A DNA stretch of 64,000 bases from Muribaculaceae bacterium (GCA_022509205.1 JAFLTR010000003.1:13151-77150), one strand, 5' to 3'. Positions 18,746 through 29,904 are shown, counted from the first letter of the stretch. Translations and numbers: made by a program. The notes: a model not told the origin generated them from the sequence alone.

Positions 18746-20194
18746 ATGGCTTCAGATAGCGAAAAAGTGTTGCATGAGGCAACTCGAAATGAATATAAAT
18801 ACGGTTTCACCAGTGATATCGCTACAGATATTGTGGCGCCGGGTCTCAACGAGGATGTGATCCGTTTTATTTCTGAAAAAAAGGGGGAACCGGAATGGTT
18901 GCTCGATTTCCGGTTGAAAGCCTATAGGTATTGGCTCACCCTGAAAATGCCTCATTGGGCCCACCTCAACATACCGCATATCGATTTCCAGGCTATTTCA
19001 TACTATGCGGCCCCTAAGAAAAAGGAATTGAAAAAGAGCATGGATGAGGTGGATCCGGAACTTGTCGAAACCTTCAATAAACTTGGTATATCGCTCGAGG
19101 AGCAGAAGCAACTTGCCGGTGTGGCAGTGGATGCTGTAATGGATTCCGTCAGCGTCAAAACCACCCATAGGGAGAAACTCGCTGAATTAGGAGTAATCTT
19201 CTGTTCCTTCTCCGAAGCTGTTAAGGATTATCCCGATCTGGTGAAGAAATATCTCGGTACCGTAGTGAGTTATCGCGACAATTTCTTTGCCGCTCTGAAT
19301 TCGGCCGTTTTTTCCGACGGGTCTTTTGTCTATATTCCAAAGGGTGTGAGATGCCCGATGGAATTGAGCACATATTTCCGAATCAACGCTGCGGGCACCG
19401 GTCAGTTTGAGCGCACCCTCATAGTGGCTGACGATGATGCTTATGTTAGCTATCTGGAGGGATGCACGGCACCTATGCGCGATGAAAACCAGCTCCATGC
19501 CGCTATCGTCGAAATAATCTGCGAGGAGAGGGCCGAAGTTAAATACAGCACTGTCCAAAACTGGTATGCAGGCGATAAGGAGGGAAACGGAGGTATATAT
19601 AACTTTGTCACAAAACGAGGGCTCTGCCGGGGCTACAAGTCTAAAATCTCATGGACACAAGTGGAAACGGGCTCAGCCATCACATGGAAATACCCCTCAT
19701 GTATCCTTAAAGGGGAGGAAAGTGTCGGAGAATTCTATTCTGTGGCAGTAACCAACAATATGCAACAAGCCGATACGGGCACCAAGATGATCCACGTGGG
19801 TAAAAACAGCCGGAGCACCATTGTGAGCAAGGGTATTTCGGCCGGCAAGAGCCAGAATTCATATCGGGGACTTGTGAGGGTGGATGAGAAAGCTACGGGA
19901 TGCCGCAATTACACGCAATGCGATTCGTTATTAATGGGGAATGAGTGCGGGGCACACACTTTTCCTTATATAGATGTGAGAAACTCAAGCTCAACAGTGG
20001 AGCATGAGGCCACCACTTCAAAAATCAACGAAGCCCAGTTGTTCTATTGCCGTCAGAGAGGCATTCCCACGGAAGAAGCTGTGGCGCTCATTGTCAACGG
20101 ATACGCCAAGGAAGTCATGAACAAGCTTCCGATGGAATTTGCCGTGGAAGCCCAGAAACTGTTGCAGATCACACTCGAAGGCTCCGTCGGATAA
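18746..20194 (+). CDS. sufB: Fe-S cluster assembly scaffold SufB
   Basis: [52 protein letters not shown]. Confidence 0.97.
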   Translation: MASDSEKVLHEATRNEYKYGFTSDIATDIVAPGLNEDVIRFISEKKGEPEWLLDFRLKAYRYWLTLKMPHWAHLNIPHIDFQAISYYAAPKKKELKKSMDEVDPELVETFNKLGISLEEQKQLAGVAVDAVMDSVSVKTTHREKLAELGVIFCSFSEAVKDYPDLVKKYLGTVVSYRDNFFAALNSAVFSDGSFVYIPKGVRCPMELSTYFRINAAGTGQFERTLIVADDDAYVSYLEGCTAPMRDENQLHAAIVEIICEERAEVKYSTVQNWYAGDKEGNGGIYNFVTKRGLCRGYKSKISWTQVETGSAITWKYPSCILKGEESVGEFYSVAVTNNMQQADTGTKMIHVGKNSRSTIVSKGISAGKSQNSYRGLVRVDEKATGCRNYTQCDSLLMGNECGAHTFPYIDVRNSSSTVEHEATTSKINEAQLFYCRQRGIPTEEAVALIVNGYAKEVMNKLPMEFAVEAQKLLQITLEGSVG

Positions 20195-20227
20195 GAGCTG
20201 CGGGATGTGAGTAAGGAGTGTAAAAAG

Positions 20228-21199
20228 ATGAATGAAAGAAACGTAATAATAGATGGTGTCGACGCCCAGATATTTTATGGGGTCAACAATAATAATGTGA
20301 ATCTGATCCGCAATCTCTTTCCGAAATTGCGGATGGCAGCACGCGGAAATGTGCTCCGAGTGATCGGGGAGGATTCCGAGACATTGGAATTTGAAAAGAA
20401 GGTCAAGGAACTGGAGGCTTACGCGTCGAAATACAACAAATTGCCCGAAGATGTCATAATCGACATCGTGAAAGGAGAACCTCCCAAGCCTGTGAACTCC
20501 GAAGGCGTGATTATCTTCGGACAGAACGGTAAACCGATCAGTCCTCGCAATGGGAATCAGGCAAAGATGGTGAGAAGTTTCTCCCAGAACGGCCTTACAT
20601 TCGCACTGGGTCCTGCCGGCACGGGGAAAACCTATATAGCCATCGCTCTTGCTGTGGCTGCTTTGAAAAACAAGGCATGCAAACGTATAATCCTCTCACG
20701 GCCGGCAGTGGAGGCAGGTGAAAAGCTCGGTTTCCTTCCGGGAGATATGAAAGACAAGATCGACCCGTATCTGCGGCCGCTCTACGACGCCCTCGAGGAT
20801 ATGATTCCGCAACTCAAGCTTAAGGAATATATGGAGAGCGACGTGATTCAGATCGCTCCGCTGGCTTTCATGAGAGGACGCACCCTGAATGATGCCGTAA
20901 TAATTCTCGATGAGGCTCAGAACACCACCCGACATCAGATGAAGATGTTTCTTACCCGAATGGGTATGAACAGCCGTATGATCGTGACCGGTGACCTGAC
21001 TCAGGTTGACCTCCCCCACACCACTCAGAGCGGACTGCTTCAGGCAATGCGCATCCTTAAAGGAGTGGAGGGTATCGGAGTCATCGAATATGGAAAGAAA
21101 GATATAGTGAGACATCCGCTCGTGCAAAGAATTGTGGATGCCTATGAAAAGAGAGAGAAAGAGGAGGAAGAACAATGGCAAAAGTCGGAGACAGAGTAA
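20228..21199 (+). CDS. PhoH-family ATPase
   Basis: GPAGTGKT, RPAVEAGEKLGFLPGD, FMRGRTL, DEAQN, VRHPLV. Confidence 0.95.
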   Translation: MNERNVIIDGVDAQIFYGVNNNNVNLIRNLFPKLRMAARGNVLRVIGEDSETLEFEKKVKELEAYASKYNKLPEDVIIDIVKGEPPKPVNSEGVIIFGQNGKPISPRNGNQAKMVRSFSQNGLTFALGPAGTGKTYIAIALAVAALKNKACKRIILSRPAVEAGEKLGFLPGDMKDKIDPYLRPLYDALEDMIPQLKLKEYMESDVIQIAPLAFMRGRTLNDAVIILDEAQNTTRHQMKMFLTRMGMNSRMIVTGDLTQVDLPHTTQSGLLQAMRILKGVEGIGVIEYGKKDIVRHPLVQRIVDAYEKREKEEEEQWQKSETE

Positions 21200-21873
21200 G
21201 ATTTTTGAATGCTATCGGCGGTGGAGTGATCAGCAGAATCGATGGTAAGACTGCTTTCGTGGAGGATGAAGATGGTTTCGAATCCCCGATATTGTTGAAG
21301 GATGTGGTTGTAGTGCTTCCCGCCGGCCATGAGGCTGCCGTCAAGGGTTCAAATATCATGTTTGATCAGAAGGCTTTCGACATGGGGAAAGGTGAGGCTC
21401 AAAGCCATAAGCCTCATGAGAAGGGAGCACCGGAAGCAACAAAGGTTGCCCCCGAGATGAAGATAGAGGAGACGAGCTATGGCGACAATCCTAATATCCT
21501 GTTGGCTTTCGAGCCTGATAATGTAAAGAATCTCGGCAACGCCAGGTTCACAGGGGTGCTCGTCAACGATTCCAACTATTTCATTGACTTCACGTTCCTG
21601 AAGCGCTCCGATGACGATCGCGGGTGGGTGATAGAATTCCAAGGCACCGTCAATCCGAATGAACTGATAGATCTGGCAGTACTTACCCATGAGAATTTGG
21701 GGGAATATGAACGCATAGCCCTTCAGGGAGTTGCTTACAAGAAGGATAAGTCCTTCTCGCTTATACCGCCTCTGAATATAACCCGTAAGCTTGATCTCAC
21801 TAAATTCCATAAATTCCATTGCTTTCGACCGTCGAGATACTTCGACACCCCTGTCATCGAGTTCCCCCTTTAG
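21175..21873 (+). CDS. DUF2027 domain protein lacking the usual C-terminal Smr domain
   Basis: KVGDRVRFLNAIGGG, EDEDGF, LVNDSNY, KFHKFHCF. Confidence 0.8.
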   Translation: MAKVGDRVRFLNAIGGGVISRIDGKTAFVEDEDGFESPILLKDVVVVLPAGHEAAVKGSNIMFDQKAFDMGKGEAQSHKPHEKGAPEATKVAPEMKIEETSYGDNPNILLAFEPDNVKNLGNARFTGVLVNDSNYFIDFTFLKRSDDDRGWVIEFQGTVNPNELIDLAVLTHENLGEYERIALQGVAYKKDKSFSLIPPLNITRKLDLTKFHKFHCFRPSRYFDTPVIEFPL

Positions 21874-21953
21874 AGCCCCTTTATGGAGGGAGGCGGCGTG
21901 TAGCGTTGAACCGGGAAATATGAATTGCTTAAAAATTATTTAAACCTTACAAT

Positions 21954-22445
21954 ATGAAGGATATAGAGTTGAAGACCAAAATAAGGGAATGCACCCTGAC
22001 CGACCTCTCGGAGATGGATCGCCATCTTGTAAGTCGCGCCAAGGAGGCTACCACTCGCGCCTACGCCCCTTTTTCCAAATATCAGGTCGGGGCTGCCCTG
22101 CTGCTCGATAACGGTAAGATAGTGGAGGGGAGCAATCAGGAAAATGCCGCTTATCCATCGGGCACTTGTGCAGAGCGCACGGCTGCTTTCTATGCTTCAT
22201 CAGCCAATCCGGGAGTTGCCTTCAAGAAACTTGCCATAGCAGCCTGGATGGATCCCGGAGAAGGGAAAGACCGGGAAGAGGGTTTCCAGAAAGCCCCGGT
22301 GTCGCCTTGCGGCGGATGTCGCCAGGCACTCCTCGAATATGAGCATCTCTACGGAGATGTGGAGGTGATACTCTACGGCTCAGATAAGATATATATCCTT
22401 GATTCCATCAAGGCTTTGCTCCCTTTGGCATTCACTGATTTCTGA
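21954..22445 (+). CDS. cdd: Cytidine deaminase
   Basis: AYAPFSKYQVGAA, NQENAAYPSGTCAER, PCGGCRQ. Confidence 0.95.
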   Translation: MKDIELKTKIRECTLTDLSEMDRHLVSRAKEATTRAYAPFSKYQVGAALLLDNGKIVEGSNQENAAYPSGTCAERTAAFYASSANPGVAFKKLAIAAWMDPGEGKDREEGFQKAPVSPCGGCRQALLEYEHLYGDVEVILYGSDKIYILDSIKALLPLAFTDF

Positions 22446-22540
22446 AATTCATCTCATATCGTCTGAATTCATTAACTTTGCCATTTGAAAACGGACCCGG
22501 AGGAACTAAGGAACTTCCGGGGAGGCTTGCGAAGTGAGAA

Positions 22541-23041
22541 ATGGATTCAGGAGAAGAAAAAAGGGAGAGATTTTGTTTCCCAAAAGATGGGCGGCTACAC
22601 CACAGGAGCCTCGTTGAGGGTCTTTTCCGGCTTGGAAGTTCCTTCTATGAATTCCCTTTCCGTATCTCCTGGAGGATAATTAACCCCGAGCAACTTCAGA
22701 AAAATTTTCGCAGTAATGTTCCCGAAGGAATCGGGTCGGTGCAAATGATGGTGACGGTCCCCAAAAAGAAACGTCGCCGAGCAGTCGACCGTGTAAGAAT
22801 GCGCCGACTCATCCGGGAGACCTATCGGCTCAACCGCCGGGAGCTATGCCTGGATGCGGATGCCAATCCGGATATCGCTACGCTGTCATTAGCCTTTGTA
22901 TATATCCACACGGCCAATCTGGATTACGCGACCGTGGAGGAAAAAATGAAAGCTGCCTTATCCAAACTGCGCAAAAAAATCAGAGGTTATTCAGCTTCAG
23001 GCGATGAAACTTCCGGCGACCACAATTGTCTAAACAAATAG
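22541..23041 (+). CDS. rnpA: Ribonuclease P protein component
   Basis: [33 protein letters not shown] (RNR-like motif); upstream of yidD. Confidence 0.9.
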   Translation: MDSGEEKRERFCFPKDGRLHHRSLVEGLFRLGSSFYEFPFRISWRIINPEQLQKNFRSNVPEGIGSVQMMVTVPKKKRRRAVDRVRMRRLIRETYRLNRRELCLDADANPDIATLSLAFVYIHTANLDYATVEEKMKAALSKLRKKIRGYSASGDETSGDHNCLNK

Positions 23042-23046
23042 CAAAG

Positions 23047-23256
23047 ATGTCGAAACTCCTCATATTGATGATCCGGTTTTATCAAGTGGCCATTTCACCG
23101 CTTTTCCCTCCTGCTTGCCGTTACACCCCGACCTGTAGCGCCTATGCGGTGGAGGCTTTGAAGAAACATGGGGCATGGAAAGGGAGCCGACTCGCAATAA
23201 AAAGAATTTTAAGATGCCATCCATGGGGTGGAAGCGGATATGACCCGGTGCCTTGA
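23047..23256 (+). CDS. yidD: Membrane protein insertion efficiency factor
   Basis: [32 protein letters not shown]. Confidence 0.95.
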   Translation: MSKLLILMIRFYQVAISPLFPPACRYTPTCSAYAVEALKKHGAWKGSRLAIKRILRCHPWGGSGYDPVP

Positions 23257-23890
23257 CATACATACCCATCATGCGGCCCCACAGCCTCAGGCCGTGATTT
23301 CAGCCTCTTTCGAAGATTTCAACCCGATGGAGGGTCAGCTGTATTCACTCGGCATACATCCTTGGACCCCATATAAGGATTTTTCATCACAGGATTGGGC
23401 CGATTATCTTCTGATGGCAGCTCAGCCTTGCGTTGTAGCCATCGGAGAATGTGGCATCGATAAGGTGAAAGGGGGCCCTCTCTTCAATCAGCTATTGATT
23501 ATGAAGAAGCAGATAGAGATGTCGGAGGTGCTCCATAAACCCTTGATTATACATGACGTTAAGGCTCACGATGTGATCACAGGGCTTAAACGCGATATGC
23601 AGCCAACACAGAAATGGATGGTGCATGGATTCCGCAACAAGCCTTCGGTGGCCAAGATGCTTACAGATGCGGGTATTTATCTCTCATTCGGGGAACTATT
23701 CAATCCCGAGGTGCCGACTCTTGTGCCCAAAGAGTTGATCCTTGCCGAAACCGACGAATCCCCGCTCACCATCGAGGAGATTATAGCACGGCTATCGTCA
23801 AATTTAGGAGAAGATATCACGGAGCTGATTGCTGCAAACACTGCATCTTTTCTCTATTCCAACACTGACACTAATGAAACTGCAATATAA
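23240..23890 (+). CDS. TatD-family hydrolase
   Basis: DIHTH, GIHPW, IGECGID, LIIH, HGF, LAETD. Confidence 0.92.
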   Translation: MTRCLDIHTHHAAPQPQAVISASFEDFNPMEGQLYSLGIHPWTPYKDFSSQDWADYLLMAAQPCVVAIGECGIDKVKGGPLFNQLLIMKKQIEMSEVLHKPLIIHDVKAHDVITGLKRDMQPTQKWMVHGFRNKPSVAKMLTDAGIYLSFGELFNPEVPTLVPKELILAETDESPLTIEEIIARLSSNLGEDITELIAANTASFLYSNTDTNETAI

Positions 23891-24851
23891 AATCTTTATA
23901 ATCCCGCTTATGCTGTTTCTCTTTCAGACAGCATTCATTCCCGTAGCGTGGGGACTACGTCTCGAGCCGATTCCCTATGGGGATTTCTCAAACTGGAAGA
24001 CGAGGGGCATCACGGAATCAAAACTGCTTGGGGGTAAACACAAGACTGTATATGAGGTGGCTCCCGAAGGAAAAAGCGAGGGGAATTTGCCTTATTCCAA
24101 CGAGGGGGGATCTCCTTGGGCCACCAGTAATGTTTATGCGAAAGTGGCCGGGATCGTAAAGGCTTCAAACACTGTTTCTCCCGACGACAGCAAAGGTAAC
24201 CGCCGCGCCAAGATGGAGGCTAAGATGGAAGAGGTGAAAGTGCTTGGGATTGTGAATATGGACGTGATGGTGGCCGGCACTATTTTCTTAGGTCAGATCT
24301 ACGAACCGATCACCTCTCCCAAGGGACCCTTTTCAAAGATGGAGATGGGCATACCTTACACCAAACGGCCCTCCGCATTAGTGTTCGACTATGAAGTGGC
24401 CATGCCAAAGGATAATACCCGCACAAAATCGACAGGATTCTCACCTAAGAAGACGTTGCAGGGGCGTGACAACGCCGAAGTGTATGTGTTGCTTCAAAAG
24501 AGGTGGGAAGATGAGAAGGGGAATCTTTACGCCCAGAGAGTCGGCACCGGCAGGGAAAGATACTCGCAGAGCATACCCTGGACAGAAAAACATGTGCTCC
24601 CGATTCATTACGGCAATATCACCGGGGAATCCTTTTATAAACCCTGGATGGGGCTCCTCAACGGTGAGAAGGCTTATTATGCCAAGAATTCCAAGGGTAA
24701 GCTCGTGCCTGTGGAGGAAGTGGATTGGGCACCTGCCGACGCAACTCCCACCCATGTGCTGGTGATGCTTTCCTCGTCATGCGGGGAACCGTTTGTGGGC
24801 ACCGAGGGGCTTACTCTTTATGTAGACAATGTGGCATTCGGATTTGAATAG
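23874..24851 (+). CDS. PCMD (putative carbohydrate metabolism domain) exported protein
   Basis: IPYGDF, GGSPWATSNV, PTHVLVMLSSS, LYVDNV; signal-like N-terminus. Confidence 0.75.
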   Translation: MKLQYKIFIIPLMLFLFQTAFIPVAWGLRLEPIPYGDFSNWKTRGITESKLLGGKHKTVYEVAPEGKSEGNLPYSNEGGSPWATSNVYAKVAGIVKASNTVSPDDSKGNRRAKMEAKMEEVKVLGIVNMDVMVAGTIFLGQIYEPITSPKGPFSKMEMGIPYTKRPSALVFDYEVAMPKDNTRTKSTGFSPKKTLQGRDNAEVYVLLQKRWEDEKGNLYAQRVGTGRERYSQSIPWTEKHVLPIHYGNITGESFYKPWMGLLNGEKAYYAKNSKGKLVPVEEVDWAPADATPTHVLVMLSSSCGEPFVGTEGLTLYVDNVAFGFE

Positions 24852-24903
24852 GTATTTAAGACAGGCTCCGATTGAGGAGCGTTAAAAGATAAACCGGAAG
24901 ATA

Positions 24904-25674
24904 ATGAAAATTGCATTAATAGGTTATGGAAGAATGGGTCATCTCCTTGAAGAGGTGATAAAAAGTCGCGGTTTGGAAGTGAGCTGCATAATTGATGTCG
25001 ACGATCAGGAAAAGTTCTTGAGCGAAGCATTCTGCAAATCGGATGTTGCCATTGAATTTTCCACTCCGGCTTCAGCCGTAGACGGCATCCTGAGATGTTT
25101 TGCCGCCGGCGTGCCGGTAGTGGTTGGCACAACAGGATGGGATAATTCGATGCCTGAAATCAAGGCTATCTGCGACAAAGGGAAAGGCACACTCCTCTAC
25201 TCATCCAATTTCTCGATCGGCATGAATATATTCATGGCCATGAACCGCTATGTTACCCGGATAATGAACGGCTTCGATACCTACACCCCGGCCCTTTCGG
25301 AAGTGCATCATGTCCATAAGCTCGATCATCCGTCGGGCACGGCAGTGACACTTGCAAATGAACTGACCTCGATATCCTCCCGCTTCAAAAAATGGATTGA
25401 AAAGGAAGAGGGCCAGAAAGCGGAAAGCGGGTTGCTTCCGGTCTACCATAAGAGAGAGGGCGAGGTGCCCGGGATCCATACCATCACATGGGAATCGGAA
25501 GTGGACAGCATCATAATGACCCACGATGCTAAAAACCGTCTCGGCTTCGCCCGCGGGGCTGTCAGCGCCGCCCAATGGCTGGCCGGCAAAAAGGGGTTCT
25601 TCACCATCGGAGATTTCCTTTCCGACGTCACCGGCACCGGAGGAATCTTTAATTCAAATGAGATCGTATCGTGA
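24904..25674 (+). CDS. dapB: 4-hydroxy-tetrahydrodipicolinate reductase
   Basis: MKIALIGYGRMG, GTTGW, NFSIG, EVHHVHKLDHPSGTA. Confidence 0.96.
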   Translation: MKIALIGYGRMGHLLEEVIKSRGLEVSCIIDVDDQEKFLSEAFCKSDVAIEFSTPASAVDGILRCFAAGVPVVVGTTGWDNSMPEIKAICDKGKGTLLYSSNFSIGMNIFMAMNRYVTRIMNGFDTYTPALSEVHHVHKLDHPSGTAVTLANELTSISSRFKKWIEKEEGQKAESGLLPVYHKREGEVPGIHTITWESEVDSIIMTHDAKNRLGFARGAVSAAQWLAGKKGFFTIGDFLSDVTGTGGIFNSNEIVS

Positions 25675-27134
25675 GTAGATTAAATAGAACAGAAGAGCGA
25701 AATCAGCAACCGGAGAGGCGATTGCCCTTAAAGGAAAGGCTGCAGAATATAAAAACCACTCGCTGGATAAGATTCGGAATTGTTTCCCTTATTTTCCTAC
25801 TTTGGGTGATATGGATGGGGAACCCCTGGCTGCTCCTGCTTTGGTTGCTCCTTGTGGATATCTATATCACCGGGTTTATTCCATGGACCTGGTGGAAGAA
25901 TACCACTGGTGCGCAACGGGTAGTGTGGGGATGGGTCGATGCAATCCTTTATGCGCTAATCCTTGTCTATTTCATATTCGCCTTTATAGGTCAGAATTAT
26001 ATGATACCCTCCTCCTCGCTCGAGAAATCTCTTCTTGTCGGAGATTACCTTTGGGTCAACAAGGCTCTCTACGGGCCAAGGGTGCCGCAGACGCCCCTTC
26101 ATTTCCCGCTTGAGCAGCACACCATGCCAATTATCGGGACCAAAAGCTATATAGAACATCCTCAGCTACCATACCACCGTCTGCCGGGTCTTCGCGGGAT
26201 TCAGCGCGGGGATATCGTTGTGTTCAACTATCCTCAGGGCGACACAGTGGCTCTAAAGATCCAGAATCCCGACTATTATCAGATCAGCTACGATCTCAAG
26301 CGTAACGGAGTGGAAAATCCGAAAGCTTATATCGAAGCTAACCCCGATATATTCGGAGAGATAGTCTATCGGCCTGTAGACCGGCGCGAGAACTATGTGA
26401 AACGGACAATCGGGCTACCGGGAGAACGTCTTCTCATCCGTAACGATTCCATTTTTATCAATGGGGAATATATGGAACAGCCCACCAATGTTCAGTTCAA
26501 TTATATAATACCGGTATCGGCCCCCATAGCCGTGGATCGCTGGGAGGAAATCGGAGTAAGCCTTGACGATTTCAACCAGTCGTTGACACGCGATGATCTC
26601 ACAGGCAGACTTTATTATGACATTCCGCTGACCGGGGAGATGAAGGCAAAGGTGGAGAAATGGCCGGAGATTTCCGGAGAACTTCTCACAGAGGCGCAGA
26701 CCGGCATGTTTAATCTTGCCCCGGGTATTTTCCCGCTCGGGAATGATTACGGCTGGAGCCGTCCCAACATGGGTGAACTATGGATTCCTCAAAGGGGAGC
26801 GACTTTACATCTGACACCGGATAATCTCCCTGTGTATGAACGGGCCATAAGAGTTTATGAAGGCAATGACCTGGAGATAAAGGATGGAAAGATATACATC
26901 AATGGGGAGCCTAACGAGTATTATACGTTCAAGCTCGACTACTATTGGATGATGGGTGACAACCGCGACAAAAGCGCCGACTCGCGCTACTGGGGATTCG
27001 TGCCGGAAGATCATATCGTAGGCACACCGATGTTTGTGTTTGCTTCTTTCGACAAAGACAAATCCCTTTTCGACGGTAAAATCAGATGGAACCGGATTTT
27101 GAAATCAGCCAATCCCGACAAGGGGAAATGGTAG
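25671..27134 (+). CDS. lepB: Signal peptidase I
   Basis: IPSSSLEKSLLVGD, RGDIVVFN, YVKR, GDNRDKSADSRYWGFVP. Confidence 0.95.
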   Translation: MSRLNRTEERNQQPERRLPLKERLQNIKTTRWIRFGIVSLIFLLWVIWMGNPWLLLLWLLLVDIYITGFIPWTWWKNTTGAQRVVWGWVDAILYALILVYFIFAFIGQNYMIPSSSLEKSLLVGDYLWVNKALYGPRVPQTPLHFPLEQHTMPIIGTKSYIEHPQLPYHRLPGLRGIQRGDIVVFNYPQGDTVALKIQNPDYYQISYDLKRNGVENPKAYIEANPDIFGEIVYRPVDRRENYVKRTIGLPGERLLIRNDSIFINGEYMEQPTNVQFNYIIPVSAPIAVDRWEEIGVSLDDFNQSLTRDDLTGRLYYDIPLTGEMKAKVEKWPEISGELLTEAQTGMFNLAPGIFPLGNDYGWSRPNMGELWIPQRGATLHLTPDNLPVYERAIRVYEGNDLEIKDGKIYINGEPNEYYTFKLDYYWMMGDNRDKSADSRYWGFVPEDHIVGTPMFVFASFDKDKSLFDGKIRWNRILKSANPDKGKW

Positions 27135-27706
27135 ACTACCCTCCCCTCTCTCCCTCAGCCGGATGGTGTGCCCGATATTTGAAGGCTATGGCATCCGGAG
27201 CTTCCGAGCACGAAGCTATCATAAGGGCTAACGAAGGTATCGGGTCGGCAAAGGAGTTTGCAAGATTCCGATTGCTCGATAATCATGGGCAAGAAACCCT
27301 CCTGCCGGTGGCAGTAGAAGGAGGAGGAAGGAAATTAAGAGGAACCGGGATTCCTGAAGGATTATTGCTCTCCGAACATGGCAACTGGCGCAAGACCCAT
27401 CTTGGGGCGCTGGAAAGCATACTTGGGAAAACGCCATGTTTCCGGTATCTTCAACCGACCATGGTGCAGATATATCGGGATCTTGAACTGAAAACCTTAC
27501 GGGATTTCAACTTTGCAATATTCGAGGTAATTATCTCGTTTCTTATGAAAAATTTGCGGGCGGAGGATCTCGCAGTGTTTTATAATGACGAGCGGCTTAA
27601 AACCCGGGGAAAGGAGTTAGCCAGGAAGATAAATCCCGATATTTCAGTAATTCAGCCGGTGGCTATGTTGGGAAATGAAACGTTACTTGGACTAATGGCT
27701 CTGTAG
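27128..27706 (+). CDS. WbqC-like protein (divergent)
   Basis: EHGNWRKTHLGALESILGKTPCF; the dapB-lepB-wbqC order is typical of Bacteroidales. Confidence 0.7.
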   Translation: MVDYPPLSPSAGWCARYLKAMASGASEHEAIIRANEGIGSAKEFARFRLLDNHGQETLLPVAVEGGGRKLRGTGIPEGLLLSEHGNWRKTHLGALESILGKTPCFRYLQPTMVQIYRDLELKTLRDFNFAIFEVIISFLMKNLRAEDLAVFYNDERLKTRGKELARKINPDISVIQPVAMLGNETLLGLMAL

Positions 27707-27792
27707 GCAGTCCTGAGATAAGGGAAAGATAAAAAATATTTACCTCGGTTAATAAAATAGCCTAAATTGAGAAACAGATTGGGGCAAACTTT

Positions 27793-28443
27793 ATGAGACT
27801 ACTTTCATGGATATTCAGGGTCACCGCGGTGATGGTCTTGCTCGGGATGGCGCAGTTGGCCCATGCCGAGAAAGTAGACATATCCTCGCTGCCGAAGAAT
27901 CCTCAGGTGAAAGTGAAGGCCTACGTAAGTTTCTATCATTTTGTGGATGAATATGGCGACACGGTAAGGATGACAAATATCCGGGATGTCGTGGTGTATC
28001 CTCCAATGAAATTCAAGAACAAGAAACAGGAGGAATTCTATTGGCGCACAGTGAGGGATGTGCGGAAAACTTTACCCTACGCGAAACTTGCTTTCTCTAC
28101 CCTCTGCGAAACTTACGAATATATCCAGACTATTCCCGACAAGAAACAGCGTGAAAAACATCTAAAGCAACTTGAAAAAGATATATTCGAGCAATATAAA
28201 CCTGTGGTGAAGAATATGACGAAAGGCCAGGGAAAGATTTTGCTTAAGCTGATCAACAGAGAGACTGACCAGAGCTCATATAGTATAGTCAAGGCCTTTT
28301 TAGGAACATTCCGGGCAGGATTCTGGCAGACTTTCGGCCGCTTCTTCGGCATGAATATGAAAGCGGGCTTCAAACCCGAAAAGAATGACGAGGATGCAAT
28401 CATCGACCGTATAGCCACACTAATCGAGCAAGGTGCACTTTGA
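27793..28443 (+). CDS. DUF4294 family exported protein
   Basis: VRDVRKTLPYAK, QGKILLKLINRET, FWQTFGRFFG. Confidence 0.8.
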   Translation: MRLLSWIFRVTAVMVLLGMAQLAHAEKVDISSLPKNPQVKVKAYVSFYHFVDEYGDTVRMTNIRDVVVYPPMKFKNKKQEEFYWRTVRDVRKTLPYAKLAFSTLCETYEYIQTIPDKKQREKHLKQLEKDIFEQYKPVVKNMTKGQGKILLKLINRETDQSSYSIVKAFLGTFRAGFWQTFGRFFGMNMKAGFKPEKNDEDAIIDRIATLIEQGAL

Positions 28444-28628
28444 CAATATGGAGGTAATAACAAAGTTATAGCCCGCAAATTTTTGCTATCCCGGCAATTA
28501 TGTCAATATTAATTAAGTTTTTTGGGTCTTTAAGGGAAAAAAGTTAAATTTGCAGTCTTAAACGACTTACCCTGCCTTCACGTCTCGTTTATATCATGGA
28601 ATCGTGAGGGGGTGAAAAGCGAAAAAAC

Positions 28629-29816
28629 ATGAGTCTATTACAAGAAAAATTAGCTGTCTACGACGCTCCTCAGAAAGCAAAGGCAGCGGGAGTATATCCC
28701 TATTTTCGTCCTATTTCCAGTGAACAAAACACTGAGGTCTTGATGAATGGCCGCAAGGTGTTGATGTTCGGGTCGAACAGCTATATGGGTTTAACCAACC
28801 ATCCGAAGGTGATAGAAGCGGCTGTGGAAGCCACCAAGAAATATGGCACCGGAATGGCCGGGTCTCCTTTCCTTAACGGCACCCTTGATATACATAAAAA
28901 ACTTGAAGAACGTCTGGCCGACTATGTAGGCAAAGAGGATGCAATGCTATATAGCACAGGGTTCGGAGTGAATCTTGGGGTGATTTCTACGCTAACAGGA
29001 AGAGAAGACTATATCATCCTCGACGAGCAGGACCACGCCTCAATAATCGACGGCCGGCGTCTTGCTTTCTCAAATTATCTGAAATATCGCCACAACGACA
29101 TGGAGAGTCTCGAAGCGCAGCTTCGCAAGGCCGATCCCAATAAGGTGAAACTTATAGTGACCGACGGTGTATTCTCCATGGAGGGAGATGTGGCTAATCT
29201 TCCGGAAATTGTAAGGCTTGCCAAGCAATACAATGCTTCGGTGATGGTGGATGAAGCCCATGGTATCGGAGTGTTCGGAGAAGGGGGTCGAGGCACATGC
29301 AACCATTTCGGTGTCACTAATGACGTGGAACTGATAATGGGCACATTCAGCAAGTCGTTTGCCTCATTAGGTGGATTTATAGCCACCAATAAGGATATCA
29401 CCAATTTCCTGCGCCACCACTCACGCGCATATATCTTCACAGCTTCAATCACACCGGCTGCAACGGCTGCTGTAAACGCCGCCCTTGATATTATGCTGGC
29501 CGAACCGGAACGTCAGACCCATCTTTGGGAAATCACCAATTATGCTCTTGAAAAGTTCCGCGAGATGGGTTGCGAAATCGGACACACTTCCACTCCGATT
29601 ATCCCTCTATTCATCCGCGACGACTACAAGACTTTCCACGTGACCCGCGACCTCCTCGACGAAGGTGTGTTTGTTAACCCTGTAGTCACCCCGGCCGTGG
29701 CTCCTCACGACACTCTTATACGGTACTCGCTAATGGCCACTCATACTAAAGAACAGGTGGAACGTTCCATAGAAGCCATCAGGAAAGTCTTCAAGAAATA
29801 CGAAATTATCCCTTGA
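28629..29816 (+). CDS. spt: Serine palmitoyltransferase (AOS family PLP enzyme, sphingolipid synthesis)
   Basis: MSLLQEKL..YD.PQ, GVYPYFR, FGSNSY, GSPFLNGT, DEAHG, GTFSKS, closely resembling Bacteroides SPT; TAAATTTG box at 28545-28552. Confidence 0.88.
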   Translation: MSLLQEKLAVYDAPQKAKAAGVYPYFRPISSEQNTEVLMNGRKVLMFGSNSYMGLTNHPKVIEAAVEATKKYGTGMAGSPFLNGTLDIHKKLEERLADYVGKEDAMLYSTGFGVNLGVISTLTGREDYIILDEQDHASIIDGRRLAFSNYLKYRHNDMESLEAQLRKADPNKVKLIVTDGVFSMEGDVANLPEIVRLAKQYNASVMVDEAHGIGVFGEGGRGTCNHFGVTNDVELIMGTFSKSFASLGGFIATNKDITNFLRHHSRAYIFTASITPAATAAVNAALDIMLAEPERQTHLWEITNYALEKFREMGCEIGHTSTPIIPLFIRDDYKTFHVTRDLLDEGVFVNPVVTPAVAPHDTLIRYSLMATHTKEQVERSIEAIRKVFKKYEIIP

Positions 29817-29845
29817 TAGAAAATGTATAATAGATATTGATAAGG

Positions 29846-29872
29846 ATAGAGGAGGCCTAAGGTCTCCTCTAT
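29846..29872. terminator. Bidirectional intrinsic terminator
   Basis: ATAGAGGAGGCC-TAA-GGTCTCCTCTAT between convergent genes. Confidence 0.75.
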
Positions 29873-29904
29873 TTCATATTAGATATCTATTTGATGTTTG
29901 ATAT

